Program-made: the position numbers and the translations under genes
Notes under the pieces: model-generated
What the model saw: the letters and a program-made list of their open reading frames with translations, nothing else
The model's database searches: none
Told to the model about the DNA's origin: nothing
Part shown: piece by piece, positions 45,976 to 56,268 of the stretch
Layout: every line of letters begins with the position of its first letter
How positions within the stretch are numbered: the stretch's first letter is position 1
NCBI GenBank assembly: GCA_030141605.1
Contig: JAQGDQ010002409.1
Coordinates: forward strand, 8,799-72,798
Length of the DNA: 64,000 nt
DNA from: Tubiluchus corallicola
Lineage: Eukaryota > Animalia > Priapulida
Reading direction: 5' to 3'

Positions 45976-47236
45976 TTTTTATATTAAAAGTTCTTTGTAG
46001 TGCAGAGCCAATATTAAATAGCTCTGAAGGTTTGGCAACTTGCCTTAAATTTTGCATTATTATTTTGATGATTTTATCGGAATGATTTTTTATTAGTTTT
46101 TCTACAATTTGTTTTTGCGTGTCTGTCATATTTCTCAAGTCAGGCTCGTAAGTATGTAGAGTTGTCTCTACCATATTATCAAATTCTATTTTTAGTTTTT
46201 TCATTACAGGTACTACTGTTTGCAGATTGTACCATTCATAGTATTCTTCAAATATTTGGTCAATTATTTTTTCTACTTTATCGGTTTCTGCCTTACGGCG
46301 TAGTAGGTTCTTATCTATCAGCCGTTCGAAATCATCCATAGAGTATAATTCCACATTGTTTAATGTATTTATATGTGGATCTATGTTGCGAGGTACTGCA
46401 ATGTCTATAAAATAGGTTTTTTTGTGTTTTGTAGAAATATTTTGTAGATGTTTTTTGTTGATGATGTATGTTTTTGAACCGGTAGCCGTAACAACTACAT
46501 CGAAGTTGTTTAACTGTTCTATTATATTATCAAACTGAAAAACACATCCCCCGTAGGTTTTTGCCAATTTTTGTGTTTTTTCTTCTGTTCTGTTTGCAAA
46601 GCAAAGCTCTGATTTTACAAATGTTTTAAGGATATTCTTTATTACTACTTTTGATATTTTACCTGCTCCTATTAGTAATATTTTTACTTTTTGTTGAGGG
46701 GTGAAAAAATCTTTGAGTAGTTCTGCAACTATCGAGCCAATAGATACAGCTCCATCGCTAAGGTTGGTTTTGGAACGTGATTTTTTGCCTGCTTGTATAG
46801 CTGTTTGAAACAGTTTATTAAGCAAAATATCAACAGTGCTGCTTTTTTCTGCTATGTGGTAAGCTGTTTTTACTTGTCCTTGTATTTCAAATTCGCCTAC
46901 CACCATAGAATTTAACCCTGCTACTACTTTAAAAAGGTGCTTTACTGCTGAATGACAGTGTTTTTTATATAGATATCCTTTTAGTTCTTGATGAGAGATA
47001 CTGTGATAATCTGCTATAAAGTCTATAATGTTTTTTATGCCTTGCTCTTTGTCTTTTGCTGATGCATATACTTCTACTCTGTTGCACGTAGATATGATTA
47101 CTGCCCCTTGTATCTCTTTATATTTTGATACAAGTTTTTTGAGTGCTTGAGGCAATATATTTTCTGAAAAATGTATTTTTTCTCTTACTTCTACTGATGC
47201 TTTGTTGTGATTAAGTCCTACTAATATAGTGTGCAT
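45950..47236 (-). CDS. hemA: Glutamyl-tRNA reductase
   Basis: STCNRVE, GEFEIQGQVK, IGAGK, ANRT and DIAVPRNID. Confidence 0.95.
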   Translation of the reverse strand: MHTILVGLNHNKASVEVREKIHFSENILPQALKKLVSKYKEIQGAVIISTCNRVEVYASAKDKEQGIKNIIDFIADYHSISHQELKGYLYKKHCHSAVKHLFKVVAGLNSMVVGEFEIQGQVKTAYHIAEKSSTVDILLNKLFQTAIQAGKKSRSKTNLSDGAVSIGSIVAELLKDFFTPQQKVKILLIGAGKISKVVIKNILKTFVKSELCFANRTEEKTQKLAKTYGGCVFQFDNIIEQLNNFDVVVTATGSKTYIINKKHLQNISTKHKKTYFIDIAVPRNIDPHINTLNNVELYSMDDFERLIDKNLLRRKAETDKVEKIIDQIFEEYYEWYNLQTVVPVMKKLKIEFDNMVETTLHTYEPDLRNMTDTQKQIVEKLIKNHSDKIIKIIMQNLRQVAKPSELFNIGSALQRTFNIKIDDELSAN

Positions 47237-47252
47237 TCTGCTTAGACTGTTC

Positions 47253-48125
47253 TTATACTATTTTATAGTTTTTATATTCTCCTAACTGAAATCCAAAATA
47301 TTTTTCTGTGAAAAGTTTTATTTTGTCTTTAAATGTAAACACATTTTGCTTGGGGTTGTGTTCAAATTTCCAAGAAACATTTGCTATCCTTTTTCTCATT
47401 ACTTTAGGGTGTGTTTCTTCAAATTTGTAAAGAGCATTCACATTATTCGTATATTGAAAATCATTTTTACTGTATATGTTCTTTTCCATCCACTTGTCAT
47501 CGTGATAGAGTTTACTCATAGAGTTTATTTTTCCTTGCATTGCTTTAGGTTTTCTCACATAGCCGTAGTGGTATATGTATGCATCTATTGGTTTTACATT
47601 TAACTTTTTGTCGTTGTCTTTTCTAAATCCCTGTGCATCTTTGTATGAATATATGTTTTTGTTGTTTCGTATTACTCTTATTTCTTTTCTATACCAATGA
47701 GTTGATGCTCCTACATAGTTGTACGCACCATAAAAGTGCAAATATTTAAAAAGCAGCCCATCTACTCTGGAGTTGTTTTTGTATTTCTCCATTGCAGATT
47801 TTATAGTATCTAAGTATTTTTCGTGAACTACCTCATCGCCCTGTATGTAGAATGCCCAATTGGCATCATCTGCTATTTCTTTAAATGCTTTATCTGTCTC
47901 TAATGCCAATGTGTGCCCACCTTCTCTAATACTATCGTCCCAAATAGTTTCTATAACTCTTATTTTAGGGTCTATTTTTTTTATTATATCCAAAGTATTA
48001 TCATTGGACTTACCCACTGCTATTACAAAATCATCGCAAATAGGAAGGATGGATTTGATAGCCTCTTCTGTAGGGTAGTCCAGATTTTGCATATTGCGAA
48101 CAAATGAAAAACCTGCTACTTTCAT
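47253..48125 (-). CDS. Glycosyltransferase (GT2-like)
   Basis: GFSFVRN...YP..EAIKSILPICD, YIQGDE, YLHFYG, DAQGFR and YHYGYV. Confidence 0.85.
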   Translation of the reverse strand: MKVAGFSFVRNMQNLDYPTEEAIKSILPICDDFVIAVGKSNDNTLDIIKKIDPKIRVIETIWDDSIREGGHTLALETDKAFKEIADDANWAFYIQGDEVVHEKYLDTIKSAMEKYKNNSRVDGLLFKYLHFYGAYNYVGASTHWYRKEIRVIRNNKNIYSYKDAQGFRKDNDKKLNVKPIDAYIYHYGYVRKPKAMQGKINSMSKLYHDDKWMEKNIYSKNDFQYTNNVNALYKFEETHPKVMRKRIANVSWKFEHNPKQNVFTFKDKIKLFTEKYFGFQLGEYKNYKIV

Positions 48126-48138
48126 ATTTTATTTATAG

Positions 48139-48165
48139 TAAAGCCAAGGTATTGCCTTGGCTTTA
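48139..48165 (-). terminator. Stem-loop between AsmA and GT genes
   Basis: 11-bp inverted repeat TAAAGCCAAGG...CCTTGGCTTTA. Confidence 0.55.
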
Positions 48166-48185
48166 AATGTTATGTTATGTTCTTC

Positions 48186-50855
48186 CTAAAATCCAAATCC
48201 TTTTATAAAGCCTTTGGCTTTGTTTTCAAGTTCTTTCTCTAATTTTTTCTTTTCTTCGTTGGTTTTCTTTTTAATCTCTTCTTCTACCTTTTTCTTTAAT
48301 TCTTCCTCTGCTTTTTTCACTTCCTCTTTTATTAGTTTTTCCGCTGCTCCTTTAGCTGTATTAACTATTGTTTCCTTGGCTTCATTTAAATCAGGAGATA
48401 CCTTAGGACTATCCAATGTTCCCGTTATTTTTATAGTTACAGGTAAGTTTTCAGGTCTCACGGAGCTTGGTACTTGTTTTAGTGCGTTGCTAATTTCAGA
48501 GCCTAACTCTTCTACTGGCACATTCATCTTTATTCTATAATCTATGTTTCCATCAAGACCTTGTTTCCCCCAGAATGTTGCTTGTCTTCCTGCTATATTT
48601 GTCATAAAAGGTTTCACTTCTAAATTGCCATCTTTTATTGCATACTCTATATGCAAATTAGATATACTCAATCTTTTATACTCATTGTTTTTAAGCAGAT
48701 CTGCTAGTTTATTGAATGCATCTGTTCCTTCTATCAACACGTCTTTTGATGTTAAAGAGCCTTCGGCATTAATAGTCTTCATAACAGGTGTTAGCTCAGA
48801 GTCCAAATCGCTACGATATTTAAGTTTAGTTGAAACCTTACCTTGTGTGTTGAGTGCTATTGGCACCATTTTCTCCACTATGCTAAACGAATTATAAGTA
48901 TCTTTAAGGTCAATATTAGAAGCGTTGAAATCAAAGTTCATTTTGGGTTTTTTAGGATTTTGGGTACTAAAACTACCTGTAGCTACCATACTGCCTTGCA
49001 ATAAGTTCATTTTAAAATTATTAATTCTGGCGACACCATCTTTAAGTGTAAGTTTTCCATAAGTGTTTGTTATAAGCAATTTGTCATAGAGTATTTTATC
49101 TATGTTGGTTTGGAATGTGATATCTAAATTTCGAGGTATTTCTATTAGTTCTTCATCGCTTACTGGTGGTAAAGGTTTCTCTTCTGTTTTTGCGTCAGTA
49201 GTAATTTTTCTTTCTTCTGTTTCTTCTTCATCGCTTAAGAATTCATTAATATCTATATTTTTGGAGTTGAGCCTTAAATCACCACGTAAAGTAGCATCAC
49301 TTAATGCATAAGGAATATAGTTTTCTACTTTTCCATAAAGTTTAAAATCGCTTTTGCCCACATAGGAATCAAAGTCTTTTAATTCTAAATATTGTGATGT
49401 AAACATTAACCACGAATTCTTAATGGTTACCCCTTGCGGTAAGCTGGAGCTTGTAAAGTTAAAATCAGTAAGTTTAACATCCCCTGTTACAACAAATTTT
49501 TCATATTGTTTTTTTTCTGCATAGGACAATTTGCCATCGAATGATATATCAGCTCCTATTTTTCCATCTATTACCATATCTTCTAAGTGTATAGCTTTTT
49601 TGAGATTTGCAAGATTTATATTGCCTTTTAGCCCTCCTTTTATTTGAGGATCACTTATTGGGGTTTTTACTAGTAGATTTGCTCCAAATTGATTATCAAT
49701 AATAGACATATTAAACTTAGATAAATCCACTATAGTATAATCTAAGTCACCTCCCTTATTATTCACTTTTAAGTCTATGTTGATATTTTTCACTGCTTCG
49801 GGTAGGTCAGGGTATTGTATTTCGGCATCTGCAACGTTTAGCTCTATGCCAAAAGCAGGGTATTCTTCTTCTTTATACACTCCTTTCGCATAACCATTAA
49901 GAGCAAGGGTGCCGGAAGTTTTAATATTTTCAAAATCTTTGGAATACATTGCAGGTATAAATGAAAGTAGGGTTTTGAAAGTAGTTTGTTTGGTTTGGAA
50001 GGTGATATTCATATCATAACCTTCTTCCAACATTGCGAACTGTCCATCAAAACCAAGTGATAGGGCATTGAGATCTATGGTGTTTTCTCTAAATGTAAAT
50101 GCCATATTGTCTAGGTCAGCACTAATATCTGCCTTCATATTCAAGGCTACATTATTAGCATATTTTACATCTCCCATCAAAAAAAGGATGTTGTTTATAC
50201 TTGATTCTACTAGCAAATTGGTTTCATTAGCAGAAAAATCGCCTTTTATAAGTAAATTAAAATTTTCAAGATTGGCATATATATCAGATACTTGGTCGTT
50301 GTAGGTAATATTTGCATTTTTAATTATAAATTCGTTCAGTGCTATGGAAAATCCAGAATCGTCAACATCTTTTGTCTTTTTTTCTTCTATTTCTCCTTCT
50401 TCAATCGCAGAAGGAGATGCAGTAGAGGTTTGTTCTGTTTCCTTAGTTATATCCCAGTTGGCTTTACCATCTTTTAACACATTAGCATAAATAATAGGTT
50501 CATCCAATGTGATAGTTTTTATATTTATTTGCCCTCCATTTATCACACTCATTAAGTCTACTGACAATGCAAATAATTCTAAAGACAATAGAGTATCTCC
50601 TTCAAATTCGTCAATGCCAGTAACTATAAGCCTTTCTAAATCGATGGTAAAGTCAGGAAAATTTCTAAACAATGTTAAACTAAAATCCTCAAATTCTACT
50701 TTTGCGTTTACATTTTTATTGATAATAACTTCTACTTTACTAAGTATCTCATCCTTAAATATCATTGGCACAAATATCAATGCTGATGTCAGCAATAATA
50801 TTATCACAACAATAACTATAAATATTTTTTTTACCACTTTTATTATTTTTTTCAT
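48186..50855 (-). CDS. AsmA-family protein
   Basis: N-terminal TM anchor, LFRNFP, GKANWDI, long beta-taco-like pattern and Lys/Glu-rich C-terminus. Confidence 0.85.
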   Translation of the reverse strand: MKKIIKVVKKIFIVIVVIILLLTSALIFVPMIFKDEILSKVEVIINKNVNAKVEFEDFSLTLFRNFPDFTIDLERLIVTGIDEFEGDTLLSLELFALSVDLMSVINGGQINIKTITLDEPIIYANVLKDGKANWDITKETEQTSTASPSAIEEGEIEEKKTKDVDDSGFSIALNEFIIKNANITYNDQVSDIYANLENFNLLIKGDFSANETNLLVESSINNILFLMGDVKYANNVALNMKADISADLDNMAFTFRENTIDLNALSLGFDGQFAMLEEGYDMNITFQTKQTTFKTLLSFIPAMYSKDFENIKTSGTLALNGYAKGVYKEEEYPAFGIELNVADAEIQYPDLPEAVKNINIDLKVNNKGGDLDYTIVDLSKFNMSIIDNQFGANLLVKTPISDPQIKGGLKGNINLANLKKAIHLEDMVIDGKIGADISFDGKLSYAEKKQYEKFVVTGDVKLTDFNFTSSSLPQGVTIKNSWLMFTSQYLELKDFDSYVGKSDFKLYGKVENYIPYALSDATLRGDLRLNSKNIDINEFLSDEEETEERKITTDAKTEEKPLPPVSDEELIEIPRNLDITFQTNIDKILYDKLLITNTYGKLTLKDGVARINNFKMNLLQGSMVATGSFSTQNPKKPKMNFDFNASNIDLKDTYNSFSIVEKMVPIALNTQGKVSTKLKYRSDLDSELTPVMKTINAEGSLTSKDVLIEGTDAFNKLADLLKNNEYKRLSISNLHIEYAIKDGNLEVKPFMTNIAGRQATFWGKQGLDGNIDYRIKMNVPVEELGSEISNALKQVPSSVRPENLPVTIKITGTLDSPKVSPDLNEAKETIVNTAKGAAEKLIKEEVKKAEEELKKKVEEEIKKKTNEEKKKLEKELENKAKGFIKGFGF

Positions 50856-50867
50856 TTTTGTTTTTGT

Positions 50868-52379
50868 TTAAAAAGGTATATTTTCTTCTTTTTCAAAGTT
50901 GGAGTTTCTTTGCATATCTGTTGGTGCAAGAGGTGTATTATTCTCCATATCCTGATTCATTTTAGAAGATATATTTTCTCCCAAAAAATTACTATTATCA
51001 TCTTCTAAATTTCCAAATTTAGCCAGCTCATTGTAAAAGCGTAATTTTACATCGCCCGTTGCACCATTTCTGTGTTTGGCTATGATAATATCTGCCATAC
51101 CTATAGTTGAATTTCCTTCCTCATCTTCGGTAATACCATATCTTTCTGGGCGGTGGATGAATAGCACGAGGTCTGCATCTTGCTCAATAGCGCCGGATTC
51201 TCTAAGGTCAGAAAGTTGAGGTCGTTTGCCATCTATCCCCGACCTACTTTCTAAGGAGCGGTTGAGCTGTGATAGTGCTATTACGGGAATATCTAGTTCT
51301 TTGGCAAGTCCTTTTAATGAACGTGATATCATACTTACTTCTTGCTCTCTACTTCCAACTCTTGAGGTTATTGTCATTAATTGTAAGTAATCTATTATAA
51401 TCGCTTTTACATCGTATCTTAATTTTAACCTACGACATTTGGCTCGTAGTTCAAAGATAGAAAGACTGGGGGTGTCATCAATATAAATAGGAGCATTGCT
51501 CAATTGCTCTGTTTTAGTCATTAGCTGTTCCCATTCATATGGTTGTAAATTTCCACTTTTTATTTTGCTAGATTCTATTTGAGTTTCACTGGATATAAGA
51601 CGATTGACGAGTTGAATGTTTGACATCTCTAATGAGAAGAGAGCTACGGGCTCGTTGTGTTGCACTGCCATATTCCGTGCCATTGATAATATAAATGCTG
51701 TTTTTCCCATAGAAGGACGGGCTGCAATAATAACAAGGTCAGACTTTTGCCAACCTAAAGTCATTTTGTCTAATGAGTAGAAGCCTGAGGCGGTGCCATT
51801 GAACTGTCCATCTTCTTTGCCTGCTTTTTCTATTAGGTTGATGGCTTCTTTCATTATAGGGTTGATGTGTGCTACCTCTTTTCGTATATTGCCATCGGAG
51901 ATTTCAAAGAGAGCTGCTTCTGACTCGTCTAAAAGATCTTCTACATCTATACTATCGTCATATGCTTTGGTTTGTATCTCAGAGGAGGTTTTAATCAATT
52001 CGCGCTGAATGTGTTTTTGGGCAATTATCTTAGCGTGGTATTCTATATGTGCTGCTGAGGCTACATTATTAGTCAATTGGGTAATATAAGCCACACCTCC
52101 TGCTGCGTCTAAGTCATCATTTCTTTTTAATTGCTCTACTACAGTAAGAAGGTCTATGGGGCGTTCTTCGGAATTGAGGACTACAATAGCTTTGTATATC
52201 TTCTGATGGGGTTCGCTATAAAAGCTTTCTGGTTTTAGTAAGTCCCCCACATCTAAAATAACTCCTTTTTCAAGCATCAAGGCTCCTAATACAGCTTGCT
52301 CAATATCCACTGCTTGAGGCGGAATTTTACCTTCAGGAGGTACTATGGAAGTTGTTTTTCTCGTATTTCTTGGAGGCAT
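50868..52379 (-). CDS. dnaB: Replicative DNA helicase
   Basis: PPQAVDIEQAVLG, ARPSMGKT, FSLEM, IDYLQL, LSQLNR, DLRESGAIEQDAD and AKHRNG; no intein. Confidence 0.98.
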   Translation of the reverse strand: MPPRNTRKTTSIVPPEGKIPPQAVDIEQAVLGALMLEKGVILDVGDLLKPESFYSEPHQKIYKAIVVLNSEERPIDLLTVVEQLKRNDDLDAAGGVAYITQLTNNVASAAHIEYHAKIIAQKHIQRELIKTSSEIQTKAYDDSIDVEDLLDESEAALFEISDGNIRKEVAHINPIMKEAINLIEKAGKEDGQFNGTASGFYSLDKMTLGWQKSDLVIIAARPSMGKTAFILSMARNMAVQHNEPVALFSLEMSNIQLVNRLISSETQIESSKIKSGNLQPYEWEQLMTKTEQLSNAPIYIDDTPSLSIFELRAKCRRLKLRYDVKAIIIDYLQLMTITSRVGSREQEVSMISRSLKGLAKELDIPVIALSQLNRSLESRSGIDGKRPQLSDLRESGAIEQDADLVLFIHRPERYGITEDEEGNSTIGMADIIIAKHRNGATGDVKLRFYNELAKFGNLEDDNSNFLGENISSKMNQDMENNTPLAPTDMQRNSNFEKEENIPF

Positions 52380-52421
52380 TATCTATTTTCCTTATTAAAG
52401 AAGTCTAATCTGTATTTTCTA

Positions 52422-52429
52422 CAAATTTA
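52422..52429 (-). promoter_or_regulatory. -7 promoter element for dnaB
   Basis: TAAATTTG on the minus strand. Confidence 0.5.
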
Positions 52430-52641
52430 ATAATATAATTTAAACTAAAAATTGAAAATTATGGATGTAGTAAATTCTGTTCCCTAATCAATTTATCTAA
52501 TAGTATGTTGAGGGTAAAGAACACATTAATAGTTGTTGGCTTAAAAGAGTATTATTACAGTAATTAACTAAGCCAATACATAAGAAAAACAATATTTCTA
52601 CTGCACAACAGAAGGAAACAAAACAATTTGAAAGCCGTTGG

Positions 52642-54843
52642 CTATTTTTCTAAAAAGAAAGAGTCGGATAATACATTTACAGAATTTCCTCCTACAAATA
52701 TCTGGAATTCTCCTGTTTCGCTACCCCAAGTCATATCTTGTCTGTAAAAAGACAGGTCTTCTTCTGTTATAGAAAATGTTACATTTTTGCTTTCTCCTTT
52801 TTTGATAAATTCTTTTTTAAAGTTTTTAAGTTCTTTTACGGGACGGGTTACGCTACCTACCAAATCTCTTAGGTATAATTGTATTATTTCTGTTCCATCG
52901 TAATTGCCTACATTTTGTATTTCTACACTTATAGTTAATGTTTCTCCTTTTTTAAGAGTATTAGAGTTTAGTTTAATATTATCATATTTAAAGTTTGTAT
53001 AACTTAAGCCCCAGCCAAAGGGGTAAAGAGGCGTATTGTCAACATCCAAATATTTACTTGTATATTTTTCATTAACATTCATAGGTCTACCCGTGTTTTT
53101 CATATCATAATGGATAGGTACTTGCCCTAAGTTTCGAGGAAAGGTTACAGGAAGTTTGCCCGAAGGGTTGTATTTTCCTATAATAACATCGGCAATAGCA
53201 TCTCCTGTTGTTGTTCCAAGAAACCACGTTTCAAGAATAGCTTCAACCAAGTTGTCTTCCTCTTCCAATGCCAAAGGTCGCCCATTCATCAAAACTAAGA
53301 TGATAGGTTTTCTTGTTTTTTTCAATTCTTTGAGTAGCTCTGTTTGAACTCCCGGCAGGTTTATATTAGAACGGCTTGCGGCTTCTCCACTCATATGACG
53401 CGACTCTCCAAGTGCAAGGATAATGACCTCTGATTGTCGTGCTATTTTTACTGCTTCATCAAAACCTGTTTTGTCCTTAGAGTTGATATCGCACCCTTTC
53501 GCATATTTAATATTCATTACTTTTTCTAAGCCTTCTTTTAAGGTAATTGCTTTTTTCCAATCACCTGCTGCAGACCACGAGCCTATTAAACTTTCTCTAT
53601 TATTTGCCAAAGGACCAATTAGTGCCACAGAAGTATTTTTTTTCAATGGCAAGATATTTTTTTCGTTTTTGAGCAATACTATTGACTTATTTGCTACTTC
53701 ACGTGCAATTTCTAGATGTTCTTTACTCATTACTAGCTTCTTTTCTCTTTCTTCGTTACAATATCTATAAGGGTCTTCAAACAATCCTAATTCATATTTT
53801 TTTTGTAAAATCCTATATACAGCATCATTTATATCTTCTATTTTTATTTTTCCTTCTTCAACTAATTCCTTCAAATATCTATTGTAAACATTGCCTTGCA
53901 TATCCATATCTACTCCGGCATTTAGTGCCAGTTCTCCTGCATGTTTTTCACCCGCAGCATACCCGTGAGGTACCATCTCGTTGATGGAGGTATAGTCTGT
54001 AACCACAAAGCCTGAAAAGTTCCATTCATTTTTTAATATATCTTTCAATAAGTAGTTGCTTCCAGTGGCAGGCACGCCATCTAGTTCATTAAAAGAAGTC
54101 ATAAAAGTTGCAACATCTTCATCTATACAAGCCTTAAAGGGAGGAAGATAAGTTTCTCTTAATACCCTTTCTGATATATCTACTGTATGATAATCTCTGC
54201 CTGCTTGTGCAGCTCCATAGGCAGCGTAGTGTTTTGCACAGGCTAATATGGTGTTTTCTTTGGATAGGTCGTTTCCTTGAAAGCCTCTTACTCTGGCTTT
54301 TGCAATTTGACTTCCTAAATAAACATCTTCGCCTGCTCCTTCTGAAATTCTTCCCCAGCGGGGGTCTTTTGCTACATCTACCATAGGGGCAAATGTCCAA
54401 TGAATTCCTTCTGCTGATGCTTCTACTGCTGCAACTCGTGCTGCTTGCTCTATGGCTTCTAAATCCCAAGAGGCACTTTCTCCTAAACTTATAGGAAATA
54501 TAGTTCTATGTCCGTGGATTACGTCATATCCAAAAATAAGAGGAATGCCTAAACGTGATTCTTCTACTGCCAGTTTTTGCAAATCTCTTGTATAATTAGC
54601 TGTATAAGCATTGAATATAGCCCCTACCCTACCATTTTTAATGTCCTCTTTGTAGTTTTCTCTCATAGTAGGTCCCGTAACATCCCAATCGCTTGTAAAG
54701 AGAGACAGTTGTCCTATCTTTTCTTCTAAGGTCATTTTAGCTATCAGTTTGGTTATATCAGAATGATAAGAAGACTTTTCCTGAACACCGCAAGCAAGCA
54801 CAACAACTACTATTAAAAAATTTATGATAACTATTTTTTTCAT
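52642..54843 (-). CDS. bglX: GH3 beta-glucosidase (BglX-like), own start at 54843
   Basis: MKKIVIINFLIVVVVLAC signal, MTLEEKIGQL, DVIHG, WGRISEG, KHYAAYG, VTDY nucleophile, SGEAASR and FnIII-like C-terminus. Confidence 0.88.
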   Translation of the reverse strand: MKKIVIINFLIVVVVLACGVQEKSSYHSDITKLIAKMTLEEKIGQLSLFTSDWDVTGPTMRENYKEDIKNGRVGAIFNAYTANYTRDLQKLAVEESRLGIPLIFGYDVIHGHRTIFPISLGESASWDLEAIEQAARVAAVEASAEGIHWTFAPMVDVAKDPRWGRISEGAGEDVYLGSQIAKARVRGFQGNDLSKENTILACAKHYAAYGAAQAGRDYHTVDISERVLRETYLPPFKACIDEDVATFMTSFNELDGVPATGSNYLLKDILKNEWNFSGFVVTDYTSINEMVPHGYAAGEKHAGELALNAGVDMDMQGNVYNRYLKELVEEGKIKIEDINDAVYRILQKKYELGLFEDPYRYCNEEREKKLVMSKEHLEIAREVANKSIVLLKNEKNILPLKKNTSVALIGPLANNRESLIGSWSAAGDWKKAITLKEGLEKVMNIKYAKGCDINSKDKTGFDEAVKIARQSEVIILALGESRHMSGEAASRSNINLPGVQTELLKELKKTRKPIILVLMNGRPLALEEEDNLVEAILETWFLGTTTGDAIADVIIGKYNPSGKLPVTFPRNLGQVPIHYDMKNTGRPMNVNEKYTSKYLDVDNTPLYPFGWGLSYTNFKYDNIKLNSNTLKKGETLTISVEIQNVGNYDGTEIIQLYLRDLVGSVTRPVKELKNFKKEFIKKGESKNVTFSITEEDLSFYRQDMTWGSETGEFQIFVGGNSVNVLSDSFFLEK

Positions 54844-56199
54844 CTCATCTTTTATATTAAAATGCGTTTTAATTAATTTTAAGTTTAACTTATTAATTCC
54901 TTTTTGTATATCAGGAATGTTCATAAACAATCTCCACAACAATTGTGTTCTGTAATTTTCAATCATTACTACAATAGGTCCTTGGTCAATAGCCAAATAA
55001 GCAGGTGCATACCAGTTTTGTTTTAGATTAAAACCATCTCTAAAACCATAATCGTTCCAAAGGCTATCTTTATGATTATTCCACAAGTAACGCATAAAAG
55101 CGATAGATTCCTTAGGGGTATAAACTATAGAAGATATAGCTGCAGTAGTTGTTATCGTTCCATTATCAGCATCTATACGGGGGGCGTGTCCCATATAACC
55201 TCTTAGGGGGTCGTCGCCTGATGTAAGTCCCCAACAGTTTTTAGGATAGCCTTGCTGCTCACAAAAATTTTTATCGTAAAGACTAAGTGCTTTATGATAA
55301 TCATAATAGCTTTTGTAAGAAGAGGCTTCTATATATTTGTCAGAAAAATACGGAGAAAAGCCTAAATAAGAATAATGTGTCCAGAATAATGGAATGCCTC
55401 CGTTGTCTCCTTTCATTTCAAGTCTTTCTACATAATTACCTTTTCCCGGTATCCTTTCATTTTCATCTACTGCCCAGCCAGTATCGTAAATATTAGGTTC
55501 TATAGGGTGCGTGGGTGAAGATGCTGCTAAAATATAAACTATCTGTGTTTCATCAAAGCCCATTACAGGCATATTCATTTCAAAGCCATAATCAGGCGAC
55601 CAGTGCCAATATATCCAAGGTTTCTCATTTGTATAGAACTGCCAGTCTGCTTCTTCCCACAAGCGTGTTATTATTTCTCTTAACTCTGTTTCTTTTCTAT
55701 TATCTTTATCAAAATAGGCTCTTGCAGTTAATAAACCTTGAAATAGAAAAGCACTTTCTACTACATCACCTCCATTATCTTTTGAGGAAAAATGCTTATT
55801 TTTACCCGTATCTCCTTCATACCAATGAGCCCACATACCTTTAAAGCGAGGGATTCTTTCTAAAAAATGGACTACTTTCAACAGATGTGTTACTGCTTCT
55901 TCTCTTGTTATCCATCCTCGTTCTACTGCTATTGGGAATGCCATAATCCCAAAACCTGTGCCTCCTGTTGTTACTGTATTAACAACATCGTAGGATTGTT
56001 TTTCATTTCGTCTCGAAGGTGCGCTTCTTTCTCTTGCTAAGCCACAGTCTGGATGTGCAAAATTATAAAAATACTTGAAGGTTCTATACTGCACACTGTC
56101 AAGCAATTGTTCATCCGAAATTTCTTTCTTGTTATTGCTTGTACAAGATAATAGTGCAAGAATAAATAATGTAAATAAATAAAACTTAAGTCTTTTCAT
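52642..56199 (-). CDS. In-frame GH144 beta-1,2-glucanase + GH3 beta-glucosidase read-through ORF
   Basis: N-terminal lipoprotein GH144 (GLARER, GGTGFG, DNGGDVVES, WHWSP, WGLT, YLAIDQGPI) joined to a complete GH3 that has its own lipoprotein signal. Confidence 0.85.
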   Translation of the reverse strand: MKRLKFYLFTLFILALLSCTSNNKKEISDEQLLDSVQYRTFKYFYNFAHPDCGLARERSAPSRRNEKQSYDVVNTVTTGGTGFGIMAFPIAVERGWITREEAVTHLLKVVHFLERIPRFKGMWAHWYEGDTGKNKHFSSKDNGGDVVESAFLFQGLLTARAYFDKDNRKETELREIITRLWEEADWQFYTNEKPWIYWHWSPDYGFEMNMPVMGFDETQIVYILAASSPTHPIEPNIYDTGWAVDENERIPGKGNYVERLEMKGDNGGIPLFWTHYSYLGFSPYFSDKYIEASSYKSYYDYHKALSLYDKNFCEQQGYPKNCWGLTSGDDPLRGYMGHAPRIDADNGTITTTAAISSIVYTPKESIAFMRYLWNNHKDSLWNDYGFRDGFNLKQNWYAPAYLAIDQGPIVVMIENYRTQLLWRLFMNIPDIQKGINKLNLKLIKTHFNIKDEMKKIVIINFLIVVVVLACGVQEKSSYHSDITKLIAKMTLEEKIGQLSLFTSDWDVTGPTMRENYKEDIKNGRVGAIFNAYTANYTRDLQKLAVEESRLGIPLIFGYDVIHGHRTIFPISLGESASWDLEAIEQAARVAAVEASAEGIHWTFAPMVDVAKDPRWGRISEGAGEDVYLGSQIAKARVRGFQGNDLSKENTILACAKHYAAYGAAQAGRDYHTVDISERVLRETYLPPFKACIDEDVATFMTSFNELDGVPATGSNYLLKDILKNEWNFSGFVVTDYTSINEMVPHGYAAGEKHAGELALNAGVDMDMQGNVYNRYLKELVEEGKIKIEDINDAVYRILQKKYELGLFEDPYRYCNEEREKKLVMSKEHLEIAREVANKSIVLLKNEKNILPLKKNTSVALIGPLANNRESLIGSWSAAGDWKKAITLKEGLEKVMNIKYAKGCDINSKDKTGFDEAVKIARQSEVIILALGESRHMSGEAASRSNINLPGVQTELLKELKKTRKPIILVLMNGRPLALEEEDNLVEAILETWFLGTTTGDAIADVIIGKYNPSGKLPVTFPRNLGQVPIHYDMKNTGRPMNVNEKYTSKYLDVDNTPLYPFGWGLSYTNFKYDNIKLNSNTLKKGETLTISVEIQNVGNYDGTEIIQLYLRDLVGSVTRPVKELKNFKKEFIKKGESKNVTFSITEEDLSFYRQDMTWGSETGEFQIFVGGNSVNVLSDSFFLEK

Positions 56200-56268
56200 C
56201 TATACAGTAATTTAAGTTAAGGTAATATATTATTAATAGGTAGAAAATTAATATACAATATTAATGTT

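Noticed and set aside
50868-52379. Inteins in dnaB, gyrA or ligA
   Set aside because: Lengths are normal and motifs are contiguous.
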